Both the position numbers and the translations under genes were made by a program. The notes under the pieces are model-generated. The model had not been told where the DNA came from. It did no database searches and was given only the letters and a program-made list of their open reading frames with translations. Shown in pieces: positions 27,017 to 41,266 of a stretch of DNA of 64,000 nt; within the stretch, counting starts at the first letter, position 1; each line of letters opens with the position of its first letter. The DNA comes from Auanema rhodensis (taxonomy: Eukaryota; Animalia; Nematoda): positions 9,672,001 to 9,736,000 of the forward strand of contig OZ059897.1 of the NCBI GenBank assembly GCA_964057225.1, in the 5' to 3' direction.

Positions 27017-28759
27017 ACAACAAGGTAAATGCCTTTTCTTTTCCCTTTTTTCACTTCATCGACATTTTTTTCCAAAATGGGTTTTAATGTTAATACGAAT
27101 TTTCTCACACATATAACCTTATTAGAACTTTAAAAAGGTTAACTTAAAGTTTCATAGGTCGAAGTAGTGCGCCTAGCACGAGCAGTTCTTTCGAAATGTC
27201 GCCATTTGCGACAGAAGAAGAGCACATTAATGTGCTGAGTAAGAAGATTTAAGGAAGCACACACACACACCTTCCCATATATGTCAACCGCTGTCTCATT
27301 TCGGTAGGACACGATTCGTAATGTCGTCGTCTGATGATGGACCCTCCATCGTACGAGATTCTCAGCGATGTAGAAGCTGATGACAACTATATGACTCAAT
27401 ATTCCCTCCCGTTGCATAGGTGTCAATATCGCTCATAGGCAAATTGAAAATCTTTTCGTAACAACGAATCAAACGTTTTTGCTGAGGAAAAACTCATTCA
27501 ATTTTCTTCCCATTTAAAAACACTTTTAAATATAATTTCATTCATTTAGCCCGTAAAACTATTTGTTCTTTCAGAACTGCTTCAACTTTAGAATGATGTG
27601 TTGCTGTATCATTGAACGTCGTCGATTTATTTCCACTATCTGTGTTTCGTTTTCAACTACTGGTGCTAGAGATGTATATTACTCTAAGTATGAACCTCTA
27701 GTCTTCTAATTAAGGGTAAACGTGCTAATTCCGTTGTGTCTTTAATGTTTTGTTTTCTATTAATATAATAAAATTGACTTTTTCATGTTTTCTAGTTATT
27801 GATCTACATGAGGCATGGGTTTGTTGATAACATGAAGAAGTCGAATCGGTATAATATGTGAATATTGAGTTATAAATATTTTCAGTAACTCTTGCTTGTT
27901 TTTCTCTTATAAAATTATGAAAACACTTATCAATATATCTGTACAAAACACGGGAAACAACGTGGGATATGTCGTGTTCCCTCCGTTGTCCAACTTTTCA
28001 TCAAGAGAAGTTGATCATTCTAAAACTGCAACCGATGTATGCCCATAATTACTGCTAAAGAGTGATTTCATATCTACGTCAATGACACGTGAATTTGTTC
28101 CTTTTATTCTAATTCCAGAGATGAGCCATATATAGCTTTATATTTATGAAATTTTTTATGTATAAATAGATATTCCATAGAATTTGTTATTTTTATAAAA
28201 CGTTTGTTCAAAAATTTTCCGGATAATGCGTTGGTTGAAGGAAATTAACATTGAATGAGAATTTTACAAAGGTTTTCATTCACCTCAGCTTTGAATCATT
28301 GGTCGATTACATACATATATATTAATTTAAACTTAATTTTGAATAGTATTAGTCAGAATTAAATTATAGAAACGAAATGAAGCTTACTATGTCAATTATA
28401 ATCATTATTTTAATATTTTTTCTAAACATACTACTCGTTTTGGCGATCAACTTCACTCTATTATTTTATTTTGCATTTTTCAATACCGTGGAAATAAAAA
28501 AAGTTTTTCAAGTTTTGAAGTTTAAAACTTTTTTTTTGTAAAATATTTACCAAATGAAATAAATTAAAATTAAAAAATATATTTCTCATCAATCTTTTTT
28601 TTTGCACATCCACATCGTTTGGTTGCTATGCGTTACTATGCTCGGCTCTTTCGATTAATAAACTGTTTCTCAGCAAACTATGAGATTTCTTCATTTTCTA
28701 CATTCACTTAACAAAACTATGTGTTTTTAGCTTTTAATCATATCGAAGTACAGGTCAAA

Positions 28760-29531
28760 ATGTTCTTATGGAATGGAAGTATATCCTGGTTATCTTCTGT
28801 ACTATTTCTACATATTATTCATTCGGTGACAGCTATGATGTGCCACGAGTGTCGAGATTATCGACATGAGCGAACTGTTTGCTCACCATCTATTGGATGT
28901 TCAGGCCCAATCTGTTTCATAGGTCTGGAGCATTTTTTCTTTGATTTTCCAAACGTACCGATAACATTTCTTCTTTTCTGTTACCTTGAACTATAGTGTT
29001 TTCTATTTTTATCCTTCATATATGACATATTATCATAGAGTACTTACAGTTCATTTCGAATCGCCATCATCAGAATTTGTCGCCGGTTGTTATCCGAAAT
29101 CGCTTCAGACATCAGATTATTGCTATTCTGATAACAAAGGAAGGTAGGGACCTCAACGAGAACAACATTTTCATCAATTTTCGTTCATTTGAAGAATTTT
29201 ATGTGCTTGTATATCAAATCATTGCAATACTCTTCCTATGGTTCATACATTCAAGAACGTCACAACGAACCTTTTAGCAGAGCTAGACATAGATAAGCTT
29301 CTAGGAGTTAGAAAGTTCTAAAGTTTTTTAAAATATATATTAAATTTCTAGATTGAACCATCATTCTCAGTCACAACTCCGAAGCCGGGAACAACGAATA
29401 AAACGACATCTTTACCGCTGGGAACAAAGACGACAACACCAATGCCAATTGAAACAACAACTAAAAAAGCTACAAATCCAAGAATATTAACTATATTATC
29501 TATTATATATTTTCTAACGGGTTACATATAA
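28760..29531 (+). CDS. Secreted, probably GPI-anchored Ly6/uPAR-like (three-finger) protein with Thr-rich stalk
   Basis: Signal peptide, then MMCHECRDY...CSPSIGCSGPICFI|...AGCYP...YCYS...|ILCACISNHCN, a T/P-rich stalk and a hydrophobic tail ILTILSIIYFLTGYI*. Four exons. Confidence 0.8.
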
Positions 29532-29959
29532 TTGTATTCATTATTATGAAATAATTAATATTTTAAAATTTATTTTTTTTTAAAAACGTGATTCATACAG
29601 AGAAGTAATGATTGGAAAACTTGAATCAAAATAACTTAATAGTAATACTAATAATAATTTATCAAAAATAATAAATTATCAGAAAATATTATTAAATACT
29701 GTAATGAAAAAGAAGTCAATCTTCTAAAAACAGATGAATTCAATATTAAAATGAATGATTTGAAGCTATAAATAATTATATATATATGTATATAGTATAT
29801 AGATTTTTTTATATTTATATGATATATAAATATAATAAATAATAACAAAAAATAATAAGAACAGAAGCATAATTAGTAATTATGCGTTATAATTAGATAG
29901 TTAAGCTTAATGAAAGACATCTTCGAGAAACCGTAGAACAATGTGTGAGCAAGAGATTC

Positions 29960-31043
29960 TTATCCACGATTACGGATTTGCTCAGCTTGGGAAGAAATTT
30001 CATTGATGAAGTTCTTGAAAGCATTAGGATCTCTCAAGCACTTTTGAGCCTTATCTTGGAGATGGTACTTACAGACATCAACCCAGAGTCTAAAATTACT
30101 TCTTTACACTATCATTTGTTTATATTGATTTACCTGGCACATCCAAGCTTTTTGTCACGTCCATCGGTGAAGGAGAAAGTAAGCCAGTACTCGTTCTGCA
30201 AATTTTCTGTCATTTATGGTCTTGAATCAAAAACATACAGATTGGAGTGGTCCGAAGAAGGACTTTGGAAGATCTTCAGATGAGAAAACTTTGGAGAAGG
30301 TCATTGTCCAGTGACCCTTTGGTGGTGGGCAAAGCTGAAAAGTAATGTTATTAACTGTTAGAATTTCAGATCTAACCTTGTTTTGGTTAAGGAAGTCATT
30401 AGCCTTCTTATCCTTGATGTATTTGTGAGCTCCCTTGATAGCTTCATTACACTTGTCAAGCATATCGCAATAACGGCTGAAAATATCACATTTAATCAAA
30501 GCATCAAACGTGGAATAACTGACCAGGATCCAACTCCGTCGCATCCGTCGATGATGTTCCATCCTTGGCATGGAATAACTTGCCATCCCTTAGATCCAGC
30601 CTTGTTAGTAACAGCATGACGAACCTTAAAAAAACATTATCATGCTTTGGAGCACTCAATTTCTTTTTACCTCAAGGTCCATTTCAATCTTGTCAATTGG
30701 CAAGTCTTCAGAAATATCCATGGTAACATTGAAGAAGATTGGTCCTGGGAATCTTGGGTAGTCTGGCCAGATAACGATGTTGGAAACATTTACAACGTAA
30801 TCAGTCCACTGAAAATTAATATATAACATTAGCAAAACGGTAGATTTCAAATTGTACCTGCTCACTGGCACAACGACTGAATTGCCATCCACGAATAACA
30901 ACTCCATGAGGTCCAGTTTGGTATTTCTCCCAGAAGGGCTGGACTCCTGGAAGAGCCTCATTCCAGGCCTTGGACAAAGGGTTCTGAGCCAGAACAGAAC
31001 CGCTACAAAGTAGAAGCAACGTGACAAGATTGAGATTTTGCAT
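29960..31043 (-). CDS. Secreted ML-domain / GM2-activator-like lipid-binding protein
   Basis: Signal peptide MQNLNLVTLLLLCSGSVLA, then FSRCASE|..IVIWPDYPRFPGPIFFNVT..|WQVIPCQG..GVGSC|RYCDML..|LCPPPKGHW..|EYWLTFSFTDGRDKKLGCAR|LWVDVC...NRG*. The Cys spacing parallels GM2AP (IPC..GSC..CP..G..LGC). Confidence 0.85.
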
Positions 31044-33758
31044 TCTGAAAAAGATGGGGCTTGAGGAAAAGTTAATTTATACAGGTATGGTAAAGGACAA
31101 TGTTCAGAGGAAAACGAAAAGAAAACGATATACAACAAGATGACAAGATTATCCACGTTGTGACGTTATTGGTGAACAAGAAAATGATAAGATATATTAA
31201 CAGACAAAGCAGAAACTGGATGACGGGGTTCGTCTGAAGTATTTACTTGGGGAATGAACAGAGATCTGTTCTCTCAGATCAAGGACATAAGAGAAATAGG
31301 AAAAGAGTATTATGAGAAAACGAATGACAACGATTTGTGATGAGCGAGGATGGCTATCAGTAGAAGAGGATATTCAAGATGAGCATGCAGTAAACGGGAA
31401 CTTTGATGGGATGAATAGACGGTCAGTGAGATAGAGATGAGGCGGGTAAAAGAAACCGGCGAAGATAACTGAGGATAAGATGGTATGTTAATGGGCAAGT
31501 TAGTATAAGATTGGAAAAGAAAGAAAACAAAAAAAAAGAAAATCTAAAAGGGAATATCGCTATAACGATCTCGAGAGTGATCTTTGTTTGCTACATTAGA
31601 TAGATAACTAGCTAGCTGCATATCATCGACCACGTTTCTCAAATTTTAGCTGATGATTTGATATTTCAGCAAATTATTTAAGTGAAAAACCTCTGAAACA
31701 CCGTGAGTTAGAATTGAAACCTTTCTTGGAAAAAAAGAAAAAAGGGCGGTTTGCATTGGGTCGTAAGCGGTTGTTAGCCTACTTTCATTACAAGGAATGA
31801 CCTTCTGCAATCAACCTGAACAAGAAATTTTAAAATTTCACGATGAACAAGCATTTGTGAATAGCTGAATGGAGGTTAGCAGACAGAGACTTGTGTATTG
31901 TTCCGATAAAGAATGAATGAACATCATCGGATCATTTGCAAATACAATGAATTCTGAGTTGATCATCAGGTAGGATACGATAACAGTCATGGGCGGGAAC
32001 TCCATAGCCTTAAAAATATGAAAAGAAAGATAAAAAAAAGAAGAAAAGCTGATATTGGACAAGCTAGTAAACGACGTTTTTTGATGGACTGGTGACGATC
32101 ATTGAAAGCTCTTTGATGAATACTGAAAAACCTGCCGGGCATCATAAAGAACGAGAATATGAGGTGTTTGAGAAGATTCGGATGTGATCGGCATCTTTAA
32201 CTAATAAGGAAAATAATAAATATATGTATAGAAAGCTTTTGAACACTATAAGAACAGAAATGGGATAGTTTGCTCTGAAACCTTACGGGAAATCAGGAGA
32301 TCATTTGGTTGGAGAAAGGCTGATAGCATGGCACATGGGCACAGACGTGTCCACTACACCAATGCGAACAGCTAAATGATGATAAGTACGAAGTATGAAT
32401 TCTGCATTCTGTATAGATCAGTTGAGTACATCAGAGTACGTCCACTATCACATCACAGACTACGCCGACATGTGCGAGTGTATGTGTGGAGAAGATGACA
32501 TCTGGAATGGATTATAGGCTATGGTCTGAGTCGTCGGAAGACGACGGAGAAATGGGTCACGCTCCGTAAAAGGCAACCATTCGTTCCACGATGACGACAA
32601 AGTCAACCGATAAGATAGATGGTTAGAGGAGGAGACTGTGAGTCTAACTACTGGCAGAAACAATCTCCAACATGATGTTCTTCCTAGATAATCAGAAAAT
32701 AAAATTATAGTTATGAATTGATGATTAAAGGATTTTGACCGAGAAAAACTTGGAAAGCTATGCTTCCATAGATAGAAAAACCTAATATTCGTTAAGCTGT
32801 TTATCATCTGATATCTTCAATATCTTCGCATTTCAAATGTGGCATCATTTGGTAGAACAATGCTTCAACCACCATATAATATTCTTCAAAGGTTTAAGCT
32901 ATGTGTTTTGCTAATTAACTATTATCTTCCCATTTGAGCTTCAAAGCTAAAATTCTGACGACATGATTGAGAATTCTAAAGAATCCTTACAATTTTTCCA
33001 TCAATTGCCTATCACGACAGAAGAGAACATGACCTATTTCGACGCCATTCTCATGGCCAACTGACCAGTATTACAGATGTCACTTCATTTTATTATACCA
33101 GTTCAAGATTCGGATTTATCATTACTGGATTAAGTATATTGACCTGGGTTTATCCAATCTGCATTTATTTAGCTAATTCATTCGTTCGAAATAGAACAAA
33201 TACCTAAATCCATAATAAAATTTATTTTTTTATACAATAAATGGAAATACACTGTCGTTTTGATCACCGTCAACATTACCCTCCTCACAATTTTCTTAAC
33301 TCAAGCGTTCAAGCTTAATGAGCTTGATTGACAACTATGCGTAGCCTGAAAAAAATTGTCAAAGAAATCACTATGTTTTCTTTATTCATTAGTGAACCTT
33401 GGATGATTGGGGACTGATAGATAGAGATCGTCCTGATTTTTTTCTTCTAAATATTGATAAGTAATTAAAATAGAACCATTGACAGATACAGTATAAATCA
33501 TAAATATCCTTCAGCCCCCCTTTTTGTATATAAATTTATATTATGAATAATAAAAAACAATAAATAGAATGATATAAGAACTTGAGTTAGTATAGTTCTT
33601 GCTATCTGGACTATTTTCAAAAATCACAAGTTGCGTCATGCGTTTAAGCAAATGATATATGATATATACTTCGATTTAGATTTGTTCAGCATTCTGATCA
33701 ATGCTCGATGTACAAAATATCACAAAGTTTCAAAGTTTTGTAACTTTCATCACTTACC

Positions 33759-35460
33759 CTAATTTTGATTCATTGTTCTTCTCCTTTTCACCAACTTCCT
33801 CATTAATTGGGCTGAATAATTTTTTCTTGTTGCAATAAAAACACTAAGCTTTTACTTCCTGTATTTCTTTTGATAAGCTTTCATTACTTCTTGTCCAACG
33901 TTTTGAGCATCATGTTTGCTAGTATTTTGTGAAATATCAGCAGACGCCTTGAAAAAACGATATGCGGATTCTATTAGATATCATCTAACCTTAGGAACTA
34001 AAGACCACGTTCTCTTATTTGGTGGTGGATCTTTTAACAATTCTACAGTCTCTTTAGATAATTCTAATTTTTTTACTCTCAAATACATCGGAGGGAGTTT
34101 TGAAAGAATCTCTTGAACTTCTCTTCAAACATCATTACAACATTAGGATTAATTGAAATATATTAAAGAAATTACCTAACTTTAACTTCAAGCTGTTCAG
34201 GTTTAACAACTCGAAGACAAGTTTGAATAATAGAAATAAGGTAAGAACCAAGCATATACACAATTGTTCTAAATTTGAAAATATATATTAACTTTGGTAT
34301 TTTCAAACCGAAAATAGTTTATTCTAGCTTCCATTCGTGGAATATAGGAATTGACATCAGATATCTTGAATTTGGAATTTTCTTTTTTGATATAGGTTGT
34401 TGTTCCATTAAGATATTTTTTGAAAGATGGCTGTAGATATTAGAATCCAATGTATATAACCATATTAGAAGTACAAACCTTACAGTTTTGAGATTGAATA
34501 GATGTTAATCGAAATATTTCGGCAAATGAACAGACACAATTGAACATAGTAACTGCGTATGATATAGATTCTTCTGTTTTGTCTTTACTGCCACTTATTA
34601 CCTGGATTATATGTTATTAGCTATTTTTTAAATAAAAAAAGAACCGCGCTGTTTTTCGCCAGCCAATCGAGAAGACGCTCTAATATTTCTATTAGTTGCC
34701 CACTTAATTTCAATAAAGAAGATAGCCTATAACAAACGGCTAGTTCAGCAAACGCAACCTTTAAAAATCAGAATCAAACTATAGATTTGAAAATCAAACA
34801 AACAGATTTGTTTGACACCATGAAACAGCTTCGATTATCGTCGTCCCAATAGCTCATCTTAGCAATAGCATCCCGGAAACGATCATGAGGATTAGCAAGT
34901 TTCTCTTTTTCATCTTTGGCATCTGAATGATGACGAGATGATTCTTGTTTTTTCTCTAAAAAGATGTTAGAAATATGCTATCAATATGAACAAAACAAAC
35001 CTTTATCTGATGATTTACGGTTGTTGCAATGCTCATTCAAAGGATTGAGATAAATTTCTTTCACGACTAATCTACAAGCATGAAACGCTGATTTCTGCAA
35101 ATAATTTTTTTCCACTTTACACGAAATTTCAAGTTTTACAGTCCACTCTAAGAAGTATAATGTCTGAGTGCAAGGGTACCCAAATTCCTTTGAAGGTGTC
35201 GTGGTATTGGAATCCAAAACCTTCAAAATATATATAGATGTTGTCTCCACAATTATGAATTACCTGTTTCATAGTTTAATGAGGCATGCAAGTAATTTTT
35301 CAAGGGCGTCACATTTGATAATTAGCGTATTACGTGAGCTTCACGTATCTGTTGTTTAAAACATTTGCAGATTCAAGCGGTTGTACACTCAAATATCTAC
35401 GTATTGAGTTTATTTCAATATTTGAGTAAATTTACCCCCTCGCTCTAAAGGAATAAGGTT
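33759..35460 (-). CDS. Uncharacterised, predicted helical protein with basic C-terminus; 5' end unresolved
   Basis: About ten short-intron exons, for example KNYLQKSAFHACRLVVKEIYLNP, HDRFRDAIAKMSYWDDDNRSCFMVSNKS|VAFAELAVCYRLSSLLKLSGQLIEILERLLDWL, EVQEILSKLPPMYLRVKK, and a final TQLMRKLVKRRRTMNQN*. Confidence 0.7.
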
Positions 35461-35726
35461 CTAGATTAAATCACATTGTCTCAAGAATAGCATGACTCAA
35501 TTTTATAAACTTATGTAGTGTAATTAAATTAGTGAGCATCAAGTTTATAAGAAAGATATACATTATATAGTTTTATGAAATCAAACAATTGAATTAACCC
35601 GATAAAACTTGAATGACAAGAGCATAACAAAACGAGCATAAAACACAGTATGCATGAAACTGGAATGACAACAATTGAATACCAGCATATAAGAAAACAA
35701 CTAGAAAATATAACTTATAGTTAACA

Positions 35727-37563
35727 TTAGATTTCGAATTGTGAAGCCATCAACTGAGCATCTTCAATCTGTTCCTGAATGCGACGCCGCTGGGCATCCC
35801 CATTAGCTTCACCAATTGTCTGAACAAGTTTTATCTGAACAAATGTAAGAACAACAATATTACCTTCTTCAAACGAGTGGCAAGCCCAAAAGGTTCAGCT
35901 ACATTATGGAAAATTCTGATATATTTATCTCCACAACTGGCCAAATATTTTCCACAGGATGAAAAACGTAAACCAGTGATTGCGCAAGAATGAATATCAA
36001 CTACTGAAGAGAAATATTTTTTTAAAAGCATGTAGAAATTACAAACTTTCTGGGAAATCCTTGTTTTCATCTTCAGCACTAAAGAACTTTATTGTGCTAC
36101 CACGAGAAACTGCTACTGATAAGCCAGAAGGACTGAAAGCTATTCTAATATCGTCTGGAGTAGCTCCCTTCAAAGATGCCCAGGAGCCTCTAAACAAATT
36201 TTTATCAAATAAAATTTTTTTTAATATTTCAGCATACTTTCTAATTACGGTTGCATCTTGTCCTTGAGCATAGCGAATATCGGTGTCAAAAACTCTCCAG
36301 TGACCATCACGCGAAGCTGTAGCAGCTCTAGTTGAATCTTGATTGAAACAGACTCCATAAACACCAGAGCTGTGACCCTAATAATAATAAAAAATTATAA
36401 CGCTCTCAAAGAGTTAAACCTTCAAGTCAAACGCTTTCTTACAGTCGATAAACCCTCCTTCTCTATTGAACGTAGGCTAAAGTAAACTACATCCAAGAGA
36501 AAATTTGTATATATCAAACCTCATAAACAAAGACATCCGGAGTAAATCCAGCGATTGCTACAAATTTTCCATCTGGAGATATGCGACAATCAAACAACGA
36601 GCTAACTTTCGGCTCAATAATTTTCAAAACCTAAGAAAAAATAGGCTAATGTGGTCAGCATTAAAACTCTTACCTCTCCACGAATGTTGTACAAAATTAT
36701 TTTCATGTCAGTAGAAGCAGTCATTAAAAACTTGCCTAAAACATATGTATATTTAAATAAACAATAAGAAAAGCTACCAGTAGAAGAGATACCCATTGCC
36801 GAAATATCCAATTGATGATTCTTTGGAAAATCTACATCAGCTTTAACAATACGAACAGATCCACCGTCATCTTTACGAACTAATTTAAATACGACCAACT
36901 AAAATATAAATATAAAATTAATTTTAATCAAATGCATACCTTATTATCTCTTTTCATGCTACATACAATACTTTTACTGTCAGGCGAACACATAACATTC
37001 GTAGCTGTGTCGAACTCTAGTGGTTGACGAATGAATTTATGTTCTTTGTTGTTAAAATCCTTTAAAATTTTATATTCCTCCAGATATAATGTAATTTATT
37101 CGCTCACTGCTGTTTTCCAAATAATAACCGAAGAGTCCATGCTGACACTGATGAACTTCTTGCCATCTTGAGAAAAATCTACATTGGTTACATTAGCAGT
37201 GTGTCCTCGCAATGTGGTCACAATCCAAGGATGTTCGAACAAACCAGCTTTCTAAGAAACTGAATGTTTGTTACGAGTCAATGGTCTTTTACCTTCTTTG
37301 CTTCGGTGCGATTCTTAAACTTCGGTTTACCACCCCGATTTTTATTTTCTTCTTCAGATTCCGTTTGACTATCATTTTCACACTCCTCTTCATTTAATCT
37401 AAATATCTATAATGAGCTTTGAATCAATAACTTCTTCAAACCTCGATTCTTTTCTTTCACTTTCCTTACTCCTCAAATATAAAATAGTTGTTCCCATAAG
37501 TATAATTATTGCAACAAGACACCCAAAAAGGGTTTCCATCTCCAAAGCTTGAAGATTAATCAT
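35727..37563 (-). CDS. Transducin beta-like protein 2 (TBL2) homolog: N-terminal TM anchor plus WD40 repeats
   Basis: TM LFGCLVAIIILMGTTILYL; FEHPWIVTTLRGHTANVTNVDFSQDGKKFIS; IAGFTPDVFVYE; GHSSGVYGVCFNQDSTRAATASRDGHWRVFDTDIRYAQGQDA; C-terminal RRRIQEQIEDAQ. All are TBL2-like features. Confidence 0.9.
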
Positions 37564-37989
37564 CCTATAATTAAAGTTTCTTCAACAATTTTTTTCAATA
37601 TCAATAATGAGATAATACCTAAATTACATTAACATTTTACATAGGAAGACACATTTTTCAATAATCTCGAGTAAATTTATTTTCAGGCTTATTTTAATTT
37701 AAATAAGAAGTATAATAATTTCCTAAGTATTCAGTTATCGAAAATGTCTTAAATTGGATATTATTATAATATAGATTATATTGCTTCGCTTCTTCTAAAC
37801 GTTAACTCAGTTCAAATTATTGCTATGCATGCTGTTTACAAAATTCTGACGTGTTCTCATATGAATCGATGGTCATTCTAAAGGGTTGATATAAAATTTC
37901 TTTTTTTTTATTGAATTTGTTAAGTTTTAAATTTGTTCGTTGTTATAAAACTCTAATTACACTCTGCTTAATTTAGAAAAATCTCAAAC
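37564..37989. promoter_or_regulatory. Probable bidirectional promoter between TBL2 homolog and rer-1
   Basis: Head-to-head ATGs are separated by 426 bp. Each is preceded by an AG acceptor-like site (TTATAG|GATG on the minus strand; TTTAG at ~37976 on the plus strand). Confidence 0.6.
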
Positions 37990-38847
37990 ATGGACGGATC
38001 AGACGATTTACGTGATAGACCTGGATTCGTCTCCCGATTATTCCATTCAATAGAAGTGGTACGTGGATTTAAAATTTAATATTTTTTGAATTTGATTTAT
38101 TATTATTTTTTAGAAATATCAGTATTATCTTGATCGCTTAACACCTTTGGTAGCAGTACGATGGGTGATGGCTGTGGCAGCTATCATTTTCTTTTTGTTG
38201 AGAATCTTTTATCTTCAGGTGTGATCTTTAAAAAAAAGATGATTTTATATATATTTTTCAGGGCTTCTACATCGTTTGCTATGCTGTTGGAATCTACTAT
38301 TTAAATCTGTTCTTACTCTTCTTAACTCCTTCAATCGATCCGGCTTTACAGGTGCGTACTTTACTAATTACTTTGATATTACTTTTTTCTATTTTTTTAA
38401 AAATATTACTATTGATTGTTTTTGTAATTTGAATATTCAGTTTGATGATGATGATGACGATGGTCCAGTTCTACCTCAGAAAACAAATGATGAGTTCCGT
38501 CCCTTTATGAGACGCTTACCTGAGTTCAAATTCTGGTAATATTGATTATTTGGTCTCTTTGTGTAACTTATTATTAAGGCATTCGACTATGAAAGCAACA
38601 TTGGTTGCTAGCGGATGTACATTTTTCGAGTTTTTCAATGTTCCTGTATTCTGGCCCATCCTCGTAATGTATTTCATCATTCTCTTCTGTCTGACTATGA
38701 AACGGCAAATTATGGTAAGTCTATAGAACTTGTTTTGAACTTATTTCTTGATTTCAGCATATGATTAAATATAAATATATTCCATTCACGGTTGGAAAGC
38801 CTAAAAGAGCTGGTAAAGAAGACACCGGTAAAGTGGTGATAGGATAA
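37990..38847 (+). CDS. rer-1: RER1 ER-retrieval receptor
   Basis: Six exons: [92 protein letters not shown]. Confidence 0.97.
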
Positions 38848-39530
38848 TCTTCCCACCGATGAGCATTATTCCACAAGAATCATTAGGCTATGTCATCCTT
38901 GTTCCATTCTTGGCAAAGGAATGATCTCGAGAACTTTTAATTGTTATGTGCTGTAATTTATTTTATTTATATGACAAAGGATGAAGATATCAATAATGAG
39001 AAATTACTAATTCAATTTTGGAATTATAAAGTTTTATTTCTTTATTTGTTAAATTTTTTTGAATGAAAACATCTGCCAATTCCAACATAATTATTAAATC
39101 ATTAAACGAAATGCAATTTTAATGATAACACTTTAATCAGAATATTACATTAACATTCTAATAGCCGAAATTTTATAAAATCAATTTTGCCAACAAAGAT
39201 ATCAACGTTTGCTTTCATTTTCTGACTTCAACTACTCATTCGTAGCTATTGTAAAGTTTTGGTTAGAAAAGCGTGTACGATTGGTTTTGTATCTCTTTGC
39301 TTTTTTACTTTTTTTTGTACAAATATTTTAAAAAATTATTTATTATTATTGTTTTCAAGAAATACTGAGCAGTTTAAGTACATAGAACTTGAAAATTAAT
39401 TTTAAACATCAATGTACATTAGTTTTATAAACGACTAAACAAAAATTAAAGAAAAAAGAAGATACCCATCTGATGACAGACCTAATTTGGTCAAAATTGG
39501 CATAATATCAACAGAAAATGTGATAACAAC

Positions 39531-41266
39531 CTAAGCTTCAATGAGCTTCTTGTCATCAGTCACGAAAATCTCATCATCATCTGGCTTTATTAATTCTGAA
39601 AAAGAAATATTTGGATTATCATGAGGTTTGTAAGAAAACGTACGTTTGTTGAAGAATGGAATAGCAAGAAAAGCAATAGTATGACCAGCAATATAAGTAT
39701 AAAACAGTAAATCAATCCACAAATCAGATATGAAGCTCATTCGGATGTTTTGCTCGCATAACTGGAAAAATAAAAGAATTAGTTGTAAGCAGCTCAACAC
39801 ATTCTTAAACGTATCATCGATAATCATGCGAAATTAGTATTTTTAAGTATTTTCAATCAAAAAATCTAATTGAATTATGAATTTGAAATACTCTAGTATT
39901 ATATGGGGAGGAATTGGAAAATGAGTTTGAAAGATATGTATGTTCTTTAAAGTTCATAGATAAGTTTGAGGTTATTAATGCTCGTTTAAATGTTATCTGA
40001 CTATGACCTGATGAGGTTAACCTTATCAGTGAGTCAATAAAACATTCAAAATCAAACATAAAACAGGAACTTTAGATAAAATCGGTTTAGAAATGAAAAA
40101 AGGTTAAATCAAAGAATGAAAATAGCACCACACAACACATCACACAAGATGACTTATCCTATTTCTTCCTCTTTTATCAAATGAAAATAATCTATGTGTT
40201 CTTCAGATTTTGCTTATAAATGTCCTGTTTTTCGGTTGTTCAACTTTGAGTTAGAAAGGAAGAAAAGGAAACACAACACACTAACATGCGCAGCAGGAAC
40301 CTCCTTGTCATCATCTGTTGTACATTCCAACTTTTCCTCTAAGATAGTTAAGAAATGTTCTTCTTTTTCTGATTTTGTGAAATGGTCGTGGAAGCTCCTG
40401 ACTGCATCTCCACAATCTAACCAAGCCCAATATACAGATAACCCGAGAGCTAGAACAAAGACAGCCATGATATAGAATAGAATCCAACCAATTTTCTGTC
40501 GGACAAGGCACTGAAAATTAAGATTGAGTAGAAATCTGATCTGAGAATCTCACCAAATGACTTGGATTTCCACGCTTATCGTTGAAATCGAAGAATTGAG
40601 GAATAATAATGAGCATACATAGTATAACACCTATTGTTGATATAGCCCACATTACAAGCATTTTCATTTTATACTGAAAGATTCATCGTGTTTCAAAATA
40701 GGAATATGCCTATGAATATGAATGTACCGCTTCCAGCTGATGACGTTCATCTTCGGTCCAATCAAAATCAGGGACCTGCTTCTGAACGGTATCATCGAAG
40801 ATATCATATGCGATAGGAAGCACAAGTGCAGCCGACTTGTAATAAGCTAAACAAATGTTTTTTCGGAAATTATTCAAGAATATACAGCTATTTTTATGTT
40901 TAAAAGTGATTTATTGTTGATGAGCTGGATCAAAAATTGTTATCACCATATACTTCTCAACGACAGGTTTGATAAGAAGCCTCAAGATGTTACCCGTAAA
41001 ATTAGGCTTCCTCATTAAGGATTTTAAGTTGATTTTTTAGTTCTTTATTATCATTATGAAAATAAACTTTCTAATCAATTGCATCATATAATAATGAATT
41101 CATAATCTAGGCATAAGTAAAGAAAATATGGGATTTTCAAACATTCAAATAGTGTCTTACCTTCACTTATAGCCAGAACAACAGCCGAGTAAATGAATTC
41201 AAATCCAACAAATAAAAAAACAGAATATTTATAATATGGAGGGAATAGTTTTTGCCAATAGCCCAT
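39531..41266 (-). CDS. Four-TM, tetraspanin-topology membrane protein of unknown function
   Basis: Six exons: MGYWQKLFPPYYKYSVFLFVGFEFIYSAVVLAISE|AYYKSAALVLP..|YKMKMLVMWAISTIGVILCMLIIIPQFF..|CLVRQKIGWILFYIMAVFVLALGLSVYWAWL..LEEKLECTTDDDKEVPAAH|LCEQNI..LLFYTYIAGHTIAFLAIPFFN..|..DKKLIEA*. A Cys-containing loop lies between TM3 and TM4; there is no CCG motif. Confidence 0.8.

Noticed and set aside
27575-27950. Plus-strand splice-like signals and short ORF MMCCCIIERRR
   Set aside because: Spliced versions hit immediate stops, so a gene cannot be supported.
32385-32530. Possible C/D snoRNA (ATGATGA...CTGA)
   Set aside because: No terminal stem or recognisable rRNA guide; the C-like box overlaps a GATA motif.
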